Part shown: positions 48,946-58,355 of the stretch, piece by piece
How positions within the stretch are numbered: position 1 is the first letter of the stretch
Layout of the letters: every line of letters begins with the position of its first letter
IMG/VR virus record: IMGVR_UViG_3300042523_000478
Location: 1 to 64,000 of that record
Origin: a virus
DNA length: 64,000 bases
Direction: 5' to 3' (one strand)
Program-made: the position numbers and the translations under genes
The notes under the pieces: generated by a model
Told to the model about the DNA's origin: nothing
Seen by the model: only the letters and a program-made list of their open reading frames with translations
Databases searched by the model: none

Positions 48946-49979
48946 AAAAAATTTTAATACTAGGTGGTGGTGGTTTTATAGGTGGCCATTTATCAAAAAA
49001 ATTATATGAACAAGGAAATTTTGTAAGGGTTGTTGATATAAAAAACCACGAATATTTTAAAAGTTCAGATTTTTGTTCTGAATTTATTTTAGGTGATTTG
49101 AGAGACCCAAATTTTGTTTCCACAATAATGTTCTCACCAAAACAAATTTCTATTGAGGATGGTATTAATTCTTTTGATGAGGTATACCAACTAGCCGCAG
49201 ATATGGGTGGAGCTGGTTATATTTTTACGGGAGAAAATGATGCAAACGTTATGCATAATTCGGCACTAATTAACTTAAATGTTAGTTATTATGCATCAAA
49301 GTTTGGTGTTAAAAAATTATTCTATTCGTCATCGGCTTGTATGTACCCAGAACATAATCAACTAGACCCTGAAAATCCAAACTGTGAAGAATCTTCCGCA
49401 TATCCAGCAAATCCCGATTCTGAATATGGTTGGGAAAAATTATTTAGTGAAAGGTTGTATTTTGCGTTTATGAGGAATTATAAACTAGATATTAGAGTTG
49501 GGAGATTCCATAATATATTTGGTCCGTATGGGACTTGGGATGGTGGTAAAGAAAAGGCACCTGCGGCTATGTGTCGAAAAGTATGTGAAACAAATAATGG
49601 TAAATCTATTGAAGTATGGGGAGATGGTCAACAAACCAGATCATTTCTATATATTGATGAGTGTGTTGAGGCGGTTTTAAAATTAATGGAAAGTGAATTT
49701 ATTGGGCCTGTTAATATAGGATCTGAAGAAATGGTAACCATTAATGAGTTAGCTCAAATGGCTATTGATATTTCTAATAAAGAAATTACAATTAATAATA
49801 TAAATGGTGAAGAATTCCAAAAAAAATATGGATTTAAATGTCCGGTTGGTGTAAGAGGAAGAAATTCCGACAACACACTCTTCAAAGAAAAAATTGGGTG
49901 GTCAGTGTCCCAACCTCTATTTGAAGGGATGAAAAAAACATATGAATGGATAAATAAACAAGTAGTTTTAAATAAATGA
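48942..49979 (+). CDS. GDP-mannose 3,5-epimerase-like NAD-dependent epimerase
   Basis: GGGGFIG, LAADMGGAGYI, YSSSACMYP, PDSEYGWEKLFSE, GGKEKAPAA.CRK, GVRGRNSDN. Confidence 0.85.
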   Translation: MKKILILGGGGFIGGHLSKKLYEQGNFVRVVDIKNHEYFKSSDFCSEFILGDLRDPNFVSTIMFSPKQISIEDGINSFDEVYQLAADMGGAGYIFTGENDANVMHNSALINLNVSYYASKFGVKKLFYSSSACMYPEHNQLDPENPNCEESSAYPANPDSEYGWEKLFSERLYFAFMRNYKLDIRVGRFHNIFGPYGTWDGGKEKAPAAMCRKVCETNNGKSIEVWGDGQQTRSFLYIDECVEAVLKLMESEFIGPVNIGSEEMVTINELAQMAIDISNKEITINNINGEEFQKKYGFKCPVGVRGRNSDNTLFKEKIGWSVSQPLFEGMKKTYEWINKQVVLNK

Positions 49980-50716
49980 CGGCTAGAAAAAAACCAATAC
50001 AAAAAGACGATGAAACGTCTCCACAACCACAATTTTCAAAAAAAGATTTGATAAATTCAGTTATAAAGAAAAAACAAAAAAATAAATTTTTATCCGAACA
50101 CCAAGAAGAGTATTATAATATTCTTAGAAACAATCAAATTACGGTTGCGTCAGGACCAGCAGGTGTTGGTAAATCATATATCGCAATGAAAGCGGCGGTT
50201 GATTTATTAATTGACTCAAACAATTCTTACGAAAAAATTATTATTGTAAGACCGGCAGTTGAGGCAGAGGAAAAATTAGGTTCTTTACCTGGTAACCTTG
50301 AGGAAAAATTAGATCCTTATATTTTTCCATCTTATTATCTATTAAATAAAATTATTGGTAAAGAGGCTAGAGAAAAATTAAAGGACTTAGAGGTTATTGA
50401 GGTTTTTGCTTTGGCTTTTATGAGAGGTATGAATATTGACAATTCAATATTAGTTTTTGAGGAAGCTCAAAACTCCACTCCAAATCAAATGAAATTATTA
50501 TTAACAAGAATTGGTTATAATAGTAAGTTCTTTATTTCTGGAGATTTAGAACAAACCGATAGATATAAAGATAAAAAACAATCGGGACTATATGATGCAA
50601 TCCAAAGATTTAAAGATGTTCCAGATATTGGTGTTTATGATTTTAGGGACGCTAAGAATGTTAGAAATCCATTAATAAGTAAAATACTAAGTAAATATGA
50701 TGAAAATAGGGATTGA
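49976..50716 (+). CDS. phoH: PhoH family ATPase
   Basis: GPAGVGKS, RPAVE, LGSLPG, FMRG, EEAQN, LTRIG, GDLEQ.D, VRNPLI. Confidence 0.92.
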   Translation: MTARKKPIQKDDETSPQPQFSKKDLINSVIKKKQKNKFLSEHQEEYYNILRNNQITVASGPAGVGKSYIAMKAAVDLLIDSNNSYEKIIIVRPAVEAEEKLGSLPGNLEEKLDPYIFPSYYLLNKIIGKEAREKLKDLEVIEVFALAFMRGMNIDNSILVFEEAQNSTPNQMKLLLTRIGYNSKFFISGDLEQTDRYKDKKQSGLYDAIQRFKDVPDIGVYDFRDAKNVRNPLISKILSKYDENRD

Positions 50717-51383
50717 GATTAATGGAGTTCTTAGGGATACTATTGGTAAATTCATAGAAATATATGAAAAACATTTACTTGATAGTCATGAATGTAAATC
50801 AACGGATAAAACATATGAGTTAGAATTTTCTGGAGATACTGATGAAGTGGTTTCCATTAATGAGAATGTTAATTCTAATTTGTTTGAATATAAAATTTTA
50901 AGTGATGTTACGTCTTTGGATTTATTAAATCATTTTTCTTTTCCATCAAAAGAGGATCTATATTCTTTTATGTATGAAGAATACACAATGGAACTATTTG
51001 GTCACGCTCCATCAACAGAAATGTCAACATTTAATATATTAAATGATTTGTATTATGAATTAAGAGATGAATATGATTTATTAATTGTGTCAGATGAGAT
51101 TGGTAAATCAAAACCATCTTCATTATTTTTCTTATCAAAGTTTGGATGTTTGATTGAAAAAGTACTTTTTTATAGTGAAATAACTAAAAATAATATGTGG
51201 AATGACGTTGACGTTTTACTTACGGCTAATCCTACCTTATTATTAGAAAAACCAAAGGATAAAATTGTTGTAAAATTTACAACAAATTATAATAAACACA
51301 TTGAATCAGAATATGAGGTATCGTCCCTTTCTGAATTCAAAGAAACTTTAGAAAAAATTAAAAAGTATGTTTCAAGTATTTAA
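50700..51383 (+). CDS. HAD/5'-nucleotidase-like protein with degenerate catalytic motif
   Basis: KIGIEINGVLRD in place of DxDGV; C-terminal YN motif. Confidence 0.55.
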   Translation: MKIGIEINGVLRDTIGKFIEIYEKHLLDSHECKSTDKTYELEFSGDTDEVVSINENVNSNLFEYKILSDVTSLDLLNHFSFPSKEDLYSFMYEEYTMELFGHAPSTEMSTFNILNDLYYELRDEYDLLIVSDEIGKSKPSSLFFLSKFGCLIEKVLFYSEITKNNMWNDVDVLLTANPTLLLEKPKDKIVVKFTTNYNKHIESEYEVSSLSEFKETLEKIKKYVSSI

Positions 51384-51621
51384 CGAAAATTACTATGTGG
51401 ACTTAGAAGTTATTGACCAATATGTCCAATTTGACGGGGAGTCCGGAGAAACCCAAATACATTTAGTAAAATATGAGATTGTAAAATCGATGTTGGAAAC
51501 TGTATTAACCGAAAGTAATGAAGTGGATGAAAATTTAGGGATGAAAAGTAATGAACTATCTATCCCTTTTAAAATTGCATTCAACACATTATTGATGAAT
51601 AAAATAATAAACAAAATATAA
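51367..51621 (+). CDS. hypothetical phage protein
   Basis: 84 aa, overlapping within operon; SIPFKIAFNTL. Confidence 0.65.
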   Translation: MFQVFNENYYVDLEVIDQYVQFDGESGETQIHLVKYEIVKSMLETVLTESNEVDENLGMKSNELSIPFKIAFNTLLMNKIINKI

Positions 51622-51625
51622 AATT

Positions 51626-52687
51626 ATGAACTCAGAACAAGTAAAAAAACTAGAGAAATCAATCCAAAGTATGAAGGATAAAAAATCTCGTTTGTATTTT
51701 ATAGTACAAGATACTAAAGGAAATGCTAGGGCTTCTGTTAGATATACTTATCAGATGGCAATGACACTTAAAAAAAACGGTTATAACCCAATTATATTAC
51801 ACGAAAATAAAGAATATTTTGGTGTTGGTAGTTGGTTAGGTGAAGAATATATGTCCGAACTCCCACATAAATCAATTGATGATGGAAACTTAGAAATTTC
51901 TCCGGATGACCTTTTAATTATTCCAGAAATATTTGGTTACATTATGGAACAAGTTAAAAATTTACCTTGTGGTAAAGTTGTTTTAACTCAAGCATATGAC
52001 CATATTTTTGAAACTTTACAACCTGGTCAAAGTTGGACTCAGATGAGTTTTTATAAATGTATTACTACATCAGAAAAACAAAAAGAACGTATTGACACTC
52101 TAATGAGAAAAATTTCATTTGACATTATTGAACCGGTTATTTCTGAAGTTTTTGAAAAATCAGAGTTTCCACCTAAAACAATTATCTCAATTCACACTAG
52201 AGACCAAAGAGATACTGCCAACATTATAAAACAATTCTACGTTAGATTCCCACAATATAGATGGATAACATTTAGAGATTTAAGAGGTCTAACTGAAACT
52301 GAATTTGCAAATGCACTTAAAGATAGTTTCTTATCTGTCTGGGTAGATGAAACTAGTGGGTTTGGTACCTTTCCTCTTGAATCAATGAAGATGGGAGTTC
52401 CGGTAATTGGTCTAGTACCTAATTTGCAACCGGAATGGTTAAATGAAGATAACGGACTATGGTTAGTTAATAAAAACTCAATGGTGGATGTTATTTCAGA
52501 TTTTGTCCAAAATTGGTTAGAGGATAATGTTAACCCTGAATTATATACTTTTATGAAAAAAACCTCGTCTGAATATTCAGATATGTCAAAGTTTGAATCT
52601 CGCGTTTTGGAAGTGTTCTCAAACATGATAGAAACAAGAATGAAAACATTTGAAGAACAATTAACTAAATTTGAAACAATAGAATAA
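51626..52687 (+). CDS. GT-B (GT4-like) glycosyltransferase
   Basis: DLLIIPE, SGFGTFPLESMKMGVPVIG. Confidence 0.7.
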   Translation: MNSEQVKKLEKSIQSMKDKKSRLYFIVQDTKGNARASVRYTYQMAMTLKKNGYNPIILHENKEYFGVGSWLGEEYMSELPHKSIDDGNLEISPDDLLIIPEIFGYIMEQVKNLPCGKVVLTQAYDHIFETLQPGQSWTQMSFYKCITTSEKQKERIDTLMRKISFDIIEPVISEVFEKSEFPPKTIISIHTRDQRDTANIIKQFYVRFPQYRWITFRDLRGLTETEFANALKDSFLSVWVDETSGFGTFPLESMKMGVPVIGLVPNLQPEWLNEDNGLWLVNKNSMVDVISDFVQNWLEDNVNPELYTFMKKTSSEYSDMSKFESRVLEVFSNMIETRMKTFEEQLTKFETIE

Positions 52688-52688
52688 T

Positions 52689-53495
52689 ATGGAAACAAAA
52701 AACACTATTTCGGTTATCTTACCAATTAAAACAGGTAATGTATTTGGCTTTGATGATTATTTCACTAAAGCAATCACCTCACTTAAAAACCAAACTGGAT
52801 TGGTTGACGAACTAATCATTGTCCATACTGGAGAATCTACATTCTTAAATTTTGTAAAGGATTTTGATTTTGAAGGTCTAAACGTTATTATTGAACAATA
52901 CGATGAAGACCCTAATTTTGCGTCTCAAGTTAATTACGGTATTGAGAAAGCAACTTCTGAATGGGTATCTATTTTAGAATTTGATGATGAGTACTCCAAC
53001 ATTTGGTTTAAAAATGCAAAAAACTATATGGGAATTTATGGAGATGTGGACGCATTTTTACCAATAGTTGTTGACGTTAACGATAAAGGGGTGTTTGTAG
53101 GATTTACAAACGAAGCCACATTTGCGGCAAACTTCACATCGGAAATGGGAATTTTAACTAATGAAACATTACTTACATATCAAAACTTCCAAATCTCAGG
53201 AATGTTAATTAAAAAAGAAAAATATGTTAAATTTGGTATGATTAAACCATCTTTTAGATTAACCTTTGGTTATGAGTTCTTATTAAGAATGACACATAAT
53301 TCACTTAAATTTATGGCAATCCCTAAAATTGGTTATAAACATATGAATTTAAGAGAGGGGTCAATTTTTTGGAACTATAAAAATGGTGATGATAGACTTT
53401 CTGAAGATGAGGTTAAGTTCTGGGTTGAGTCGGCAAAAAAAGAATATCTATATATTAAAGATAGAGACATAAAATATGAACCACAAGAAGTTTAA
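52689..53495 (+). CDS. GT2 family glycosyltransferase
   Basis: ISVILPI, VNYGI, WVSILEFDD. Confidence 0.75.
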   Translation: METKNTISVILPIKTGNVFGFDDYFTKAITSLKNQTGLVDELIIVHTGESTFLNFVKDFDFEGLNVIIEQYDEDPNFASQVNYGIEKATSEWVSILEFDDEYSNIWFKNAKNYMGIYGDVDAFLPIVVDVNDKGVFVGFTNEATFAANFTSEMGILTNETLLTYQNFQISGMLIKKEKYVKFGMIKPSFRLTFGYEFLLRMTHNSLKFMAIPKIGYKHMNLREGSIFWNYKNGDDRLSEDEVKFWVESAKKEYLYIKDRDIKYEPQEV

Positions 53496-54244
53496 TGTTA
53501 GAAAATGAACAAATTTGTGAAAATTGTGATGAAAAGAAAAAGAAAGGAAGAAAACCAAAAACAACAAATTATTTTGCAGAACGAGAAGAAAATGCGGTTA
53601 GAGAATATCTAACCGCAACTACTTTTGAAGAGAAGAATAAAATATATAATGAGTTTTTAAAGTTTCCTTTGGATAAGATGATATCGTCAATAATAAGACG
53701 ATATAAATTATATAGAAAAGATATGAGTTACGATGAAATTCATGTTGATACACATTCATTTTTGATGACAAAAATTGATAAATTTAAACCGTCAAAAGAA
53801 AAAAAAGCGTATTCATATTTTGGTACTATCTGTAAGAATTATCTTATGGGTCAAATTATGAAAGACCAGAAGGAAACTAATCGTAAAATTTCATACGAGG
53901 ACATTTCATCTGATTTACAACATAGTCCTGATATGATTTATTACATTGATAATGAAGAGTTAACTACAGAAGAAATTATTAAAAAATTTTTAAATAAGTT
54001 AAAAGATAGTATGGATGATAATAAAATAACCGAACAAGAGGTAAAATTAGGCCAAGCAATCTCTGACCTTTTTGAAAATTATGGATCAATATTTCCTGAC
54101 ACAAATAATAATAAGTTTAATAAAAATGTAATTTTATTTGAGTTAAGGGAAATGACCAACCTATCAACAAAAGAAATTAGAAGTTCTATGAAAAGATATA
54201 AAAAATTATATTTAGAACTTATCCAAGAGATTTTAAAAAATTGA
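53495..54244 (+). CDS. phage RNA polymerase sigma factor, T4 gp55-like (late)
   Basis: N-terminal NYF; KIDKFKPSKEKKAYSYFGTICKNYL resembles sigma region 2 of gp55-type factors. Confidence 0.65.
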   Translation: MLENEQICENCDEKKKKGRKPKTTNYFAEREENAVREYLTATTFEEKNKIYNEFLKFPLDKMISSIIRRYKLYRKDMSYDEIHVDTHSFLMTKIDKFKPSKEKKAYSYFGTICKNYLMGQIMKDQKETNRKISYEDISSDLQHSPDMIYYIDNEELTTEEIIKKFLNKLKDSMDDNKITEQEVKLGQAISDLFENYGSIFPDTNNNKFNKNVILFELREMTNLSTKEIRSSMKRYKKLYLELIQEILKN

Positions 54245-54252
54245 TATTTATA
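54245..54252 (+). promoter_or_regulatory. putative phage late promoter TATTTATA
   Basis: tgaTATTTATAaatATG, immediately after the sigma gene stop. Confidence 0.5.
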
Positions 54253-54255
54253 AAT

Positions 54256-54627
54256 ATGGGAAGACCACCAAAAAAAGAAATTAATTTAACCAAAGATTCT
54301 ATGTTATCTTTGATGCAAGAAATCTACAACGAATTAGTGGAACAAAGAAATACCGCAATTAGAATCCAAAATAAAATGTTAACAATGATGAAGGAACCAG
54401 AAGATATGACTCTTATTGGTCCTGTTATTGAAAAACAACAAAAAATAATTAATGATTGTGTGGAGAAAAAATTATCCCTCTCAAAGTTACAAGCACAAAT
54501 TTGGCAAAAATCTCAAGAAAGACAAGATGATAATTTTACACTTTCTGATTTGGATTTAGATGATGATGTGATGAAAAACTTAATTGACAAAGATACGTCA
54601 GATAAAAATTACAAATTAAATAAGTGA
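54256..54627 (+). CDS. hypothetical coiled-coil phage protein
   Basis: ATG 54256 preferred over 54241; predicted helical. Confidence 0.6.
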   Translation: MGRPPKKEINLTKDSMLSLMQEIYNELVEQRNTAIRIQNKMLTMMKEPEDMTLIGPVIEKQQKIINDCVEKKLSLSKLQAQIWQKSQERQDDNFTLSDLDLDDDVMKNLIDKDTSDKNYKLNK

Positions 54628-54628
54628 T

Positions 54629-56629
54629 ATGGCTATTGATATTGAGGAAGGTTATGAATCTATTGGTAGTTCTATAACCAAGAATAAAACGTATAAACAA
54701 ATATCTTTAGATTATAAAAAACTAAAAAAGAAAGCGGGTAGTTCTTATGAAAAAAATAAGAAGAAGATAACCCAAACTCTTGATAGTGCAAAAAAGAAAA
54801 AACAAAAATATCAAAAAAGCGCAAACAGTCAGATAGATAATTTAATGAAACTTAAATTAGATTCTGGAGATAATTTACCATCAAAAGATGATTTAATGGG
54901 GGGTAGCTTTAAAAAGTTAAAAGATTCAAAATATAATAAAATACCCGGACTTAAAATAAAAGGTAAAAATAGCACACAAAAATATATAATTAATAAATTT
55001 GTAACTGCGCTTAATGAGTTAAAACCTAAAATTCTTGAGTTAATAGAACAAGAAATTTTAAATGCTGCGGGTTGTTCCCAAGACCAAACATACACACCAA
55101 ACCAAGATTTATATTTAAAAGTTAAATCTATTGATTTATTAGGTCAGTTAATGGTTGACCCTAATAATAATGTTGGTCAAATAATTTATGAAGATAAAAC
55201 TCTTTCTTATCCTGGAAGTCCGTTTGCAATGAATAAAGAATTGTATAATAGGATTCAAAATATTAACCAACCATTTTCCGTTCAATATTCTTCAAACTAC
55301 CAAGGAAAATCAGGACAAAATTTATTTGATATAACTTATGTTGAGAATTACATTGACCCATTTGGTAATAACGTTACTGGTAACTTTTATAAAGTTAATT
55401 TATCTAACAGATTAACAGGAAACAAAATAAAAGAATTTTTAAAAGATTATTACTCAACGATTGAGGTTATTGATTTTAAAAATATTTTTGCTAATTTAAT
55501 GAATCAACTAACTGGAGCCGTATCCATTGAAAAAGGTGATGGTAAGTCCGATCTTGAGTCACTACAAAAAGTGTTTATACTCCTACAAAGAATAATGGGG
55601 TTATGTTATGATAACACTAAAGAGATTGATGTTTCTGGTACCGCAAAAGTTTCTGAAAACGATAATATTGACGATTCTTTTTTTGAATTTACCGAAATTG
55701 ATTTAAATTTTATTGACCAAAATGTTTCGGATATTATTAATGGTGTTGCAACGTTTGAAGAATGTGATAATGTACAATTACCAATTAATAGTACCGCAAT
55801 TGTAAACTCAATTAATAATTTGGTTTTTGTTCCTGGAACAAATAATAATAACACCCTTGAGGATGCAACAAATATAACTGACACAATAACTAAAAATCCA
55901 GATTGGGTACCATTACAAATAAATTTAGATGCATCTTTTATTAAAGAATTTCCCAAATCAGTCGTTTTGTCTTTATTATCACCAAAAACATTATTACCTC
56001 TTGGTATTGTATTAAAGGCGTTAAATCAAAATGTAATGGATGAAGTATTTTCATACGTTGATTTTATAAAAAAATTAAAAACATTTTTCACTAGTGTTGT
56101 TTCTAAAATAGGTGCAATTTTTATTAAAATTATTTTTGATTCTATTAAAGAAGACATAAAAGAATTATTACAAACAATCACTACCGATATTGGAAATGAA
56201 AAAGTTAATAAAAAATTATCAATAATATTGGCATTAACTCAAATAATATTGGCAATTGCTAAATTGGTTAAAGATTTTAGAGAATGTAAAAGTGTAATAG
56301 ATGATTTACAAAATTTATTAAAATTAGCATCTAAAGGTTTTGGGAATCAAGTTCCTCTACCTTTGTTATTAGCATCAAGATTTTTAAGTGGATTTTCATC
56401 AACCAGAGCATTTTTAAATGTTATTGAGGAATTTGAAAAGTTAGGTATTCCTACAGGACCTATGTCGGATGGGTCACCAAATAAATTTATGGCATCAATT
56501 AAGGCGGTTATTGATGGGATTGATAAAGAAGAATCACAAAATGGTCAAGTACAGGTGGCGGTTGATTTATTGTCAATCACACCTATTGGTCAAACAATCC
56601 CTAAAGTAGTGTTCGGTAAAAAATTATAA
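54629..56629 (+). CDS. hypothetical protein, probably virion/baseplate
   Basis: 666 aa, in the operon upstream of the gp5-like gene. Confidence 0.5.
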   Translation: MAIDIEEGYESIGSSITKNKTYKQISLDYKKLKKKAGSSYEKNKKKITQTLDSAKKKKQKYQKSANSQIDNLMKLKLDSGDNLPSKDDLMGGSFKKLKDSKYNKIPGLKIKGKNSTQKYIINKFVTALNELKPKILELIEQEILNAAGCSQDQTYTPNQDLYLKVKSIDLLGQLMVDPNNNVGQIIYEDKTLSYPGSPFAMNKELYNRIQNINQPFSVQYSSNYQGKSGQNLFDITYVENYIDPFGNNVTGNFYKVNLSNRLTGNKIKEFLKDYYSTIEVIDFKNIFANLMNQLTGAVSIEKGDGKSDLESLQKVFILLQRIMGLCYDNTKEIDVSGTAKVSENDNIDDSFFEFTEIDLNFIDQNVSDIINGVATFEECDNVQLPINSTAIVNSINNLVFVPGTNNNNTLEDATNITDTITKNPDWVPLQINLDASFIKEFPKSVVLSLLSPKTLLPLGIVLKALNQNVMDEVFSYVDFIKKLKTFFTSVVSKIGAIFIKIIFDSIKEDIKELLQTITTDIGNEKVNKKLSIILALTQIILAIAKLVKDFRECKSVIDDLQNLLKLASKGFGNQVPLPLLLASRFLSGFSSTRAFLNVIEEFEKLGIPTGPMSDGSPNKFMASIKAVIDGIDKEESQNGQVQVAVDLLSITPIGQTIPKVVFGKKL

Positions 56630-56630
56630 C

Positions 56631-56843
56631 ATGGAAAATAATATAGAAACAAATAAAATAGTAGAAATCATAACTGAATATAAAGTAAGACCAAAAAAAG
56701 ATCTTGAATTTGCTATGGATTTTATTAATGAAGATTTTGAAAAAACAAAAAATGTTGTTTTAAAAATGACAAAACATTTAGATAAGTTAGAGACAACTTA
56801 TAATAGTTTATTAAAGGAGTACAACTCAAGAAATGGAAGATAA
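56631..56843 (+). CDS. small coiled-coil hypothetical protein
   Basis: 70 aa, tightly packed in operon. Confidence 0.6.
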   Translation: MENNIETNKIVEIITEYKVRPKKDLEFAMDFINEDFEKTKNVVLKMTKHLDKLETTYNSLLKEYNSRNGR

Positions 56844-58335
56844 AAGAATTATAATATCCGGTAAAGTTTTAGATAATGTCGACCCACTAATGTTGGGTAG
56901 ACTTAGGGTATTACCAAAAATTGATAATCAATTACAAGCACTCCCAGTAGATTGGAATGCATCTAAAGATATATGGACTTATAAAGACCCTTTTGTTTTT
57001 TTACCATTAATACCATACTACATTAGTCAGGTTCCAAGAGTGGGTGAATATGTTCACGTTATGTATGCAACTCGTGATGAAATAAGGGGGGCAAACAAAT
57101 TCTACATACAAGGTCCTGTAAGTCGTCCTTGGAACAATTATTTTGAATCTTATGATAACTCCCAATCTATGTTAGACAATGGAGTTTACATAAAACAAGC
57201 AAAGGACGTTAGAAACAAACTTACCGGAGAAATTGATGTGGACATACGTGGGGTATATCCGGAACCTGGAGATAACGCAATTTTAGGTAGAGGAACATCG
57301 GACCTATTAATTAAACAAGAAGATATTATTTTAAGGTCTGGAAAATATATTAAATCACCAAATAAAGAAATACCAACATCAAACGATCTTAGGTCATTTG
57401 TTCAATTATCAAATTATACTTTAGAAAGGGTTGATGATGGAGCAATGAGTTTAAATGTTGATTTTTATGTTGACCAAGAAGTTAAAAACTTTGTTGAGTG
57501 GTCAATAACCGGAGTAGATACCACTTTAAATATTATGAGTGGGTATGTTCAAACTAATAGTGTTAAACCAACGGATTCAACAAAAGTTTTAAATTTTGCA
57601 ATTAATACCGGAACAACATCTAATTGTATTCCTGTTCCAGGTTCAAAAATGGAGTTTACCGGTTTTACCGCATTACAAGTAAGTTCTTTAGTTAATCAAT
57701 ATATTAGAGGATTCAATAGAGGTAAAGTTACAATACCTGGATATAAAGATTATCCAAATAATGGAATATTGAATCAACAATTCCCATTTGTTTTTGGTCC
57801 AAACGTAAGTACAAATGAAAAATTATTAAGTAATGATGTAATAGTATCTAATTTAATAACAACAGTTTTTAATGAAATAAAATTAAATGAAGTTAATAGT
57901 GAGTCAGGGTTTGCAGTTGTTTGGGATAAAGATACCGTAGGACCTCAAAAAGTTTCTAAGGAAACTATTGTAGAAAAAATAAAGTATCTTGAGAGACCTG
58001 TAACATATGGATTAATGGGTGGTGATTATCTTTATTTATTGTCTCACAGAGCAGAAAATCCAAATAGAAATATTTTTAATTTAAAAGATACCTTATATGG
58101 AATATCTCAGGAAAAAATCCTTGACGATATAAAACCAAACACAAGTTCTATGGTTAGAGGTGAGGAACTTATAGATTTTCTAAAACTAATTGTTGACTTT
58201 ATTCAGGCTCATACTCACAACATTAATGAGGCTCCAATACAAGAACCATTACAAGGAGTTAAAATTTCAGACATAACAACCGCATTAGCAAATGCAGAAA
58301 AAACAATTTTAAATCAAAATATTCGAATTAATTGA
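56833..58335 (+). CDS. baseplate hub/central spike protein (gp5/VgrG-like)
   Basis: GKVLDNVDPLMLGRLRV...VPRVGEYV OB-fold; C-terminal VRGEEL...AHTHN (HxH tip motif). Confidence 0.7.
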   Translation: MEDKRIIISGKVLDNVDPLMLGRLRVLPKIDNQLQALPVDWNASKDIWTYKDPFVFLPLIPYYISQVPRVGEYVHVMYATRDEIRGANKFYIQGPVSRPWNNYFESYDNSQSMLDNGVYIKQAKDVRNKLTGEIDVDIRGVYPEPGDNAILGRGTSDLLIKQEDIILRSGKYIKSPNKEIPTSNDLRSFVQLSNYTLERVDDGAMSLNVDFYVDQEVKNFVEWSITGVDTTLNIMSGYVQTNSVKPTDSTKVLNFAINTGTTSNCIPVPGSKMEFTGFTALQVSSLVNQYIRGFNRGKVTIPGYKDYPNNGILNQQFPFVFGPNVSTNEKLLSNDVIVSNLITTVFNEIKLNEVNSESGFAVVWDKDTVGPQKVSKETIVEKIKYLERPVTYGLMGGDYLYLLSHRAENPNRNIFNLKDTLYGISQEKILDDIKPNTSSMVRGEELIDFLKLIVDFIQAHTHNINEAPIQEPLQGVKISDITTALANAEKTILNQNIRIN

Positions 58336-58343
58336 TATTTATA
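58336..58343 (+). promoter_or_regulatory. putative phage late promoter TATTTATA
   Basis: tgaTATTTATAttaaaaaagtaaATG. Confidence 0.55.
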
Positions 58344-58355
58344 TTAAAAAAGTAA

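Noticed and set aside
54256-54627. Possible terminase small subunit
   Set aside because: Only size and helical character fit; no diagnostic motif and no adjacent large subunit
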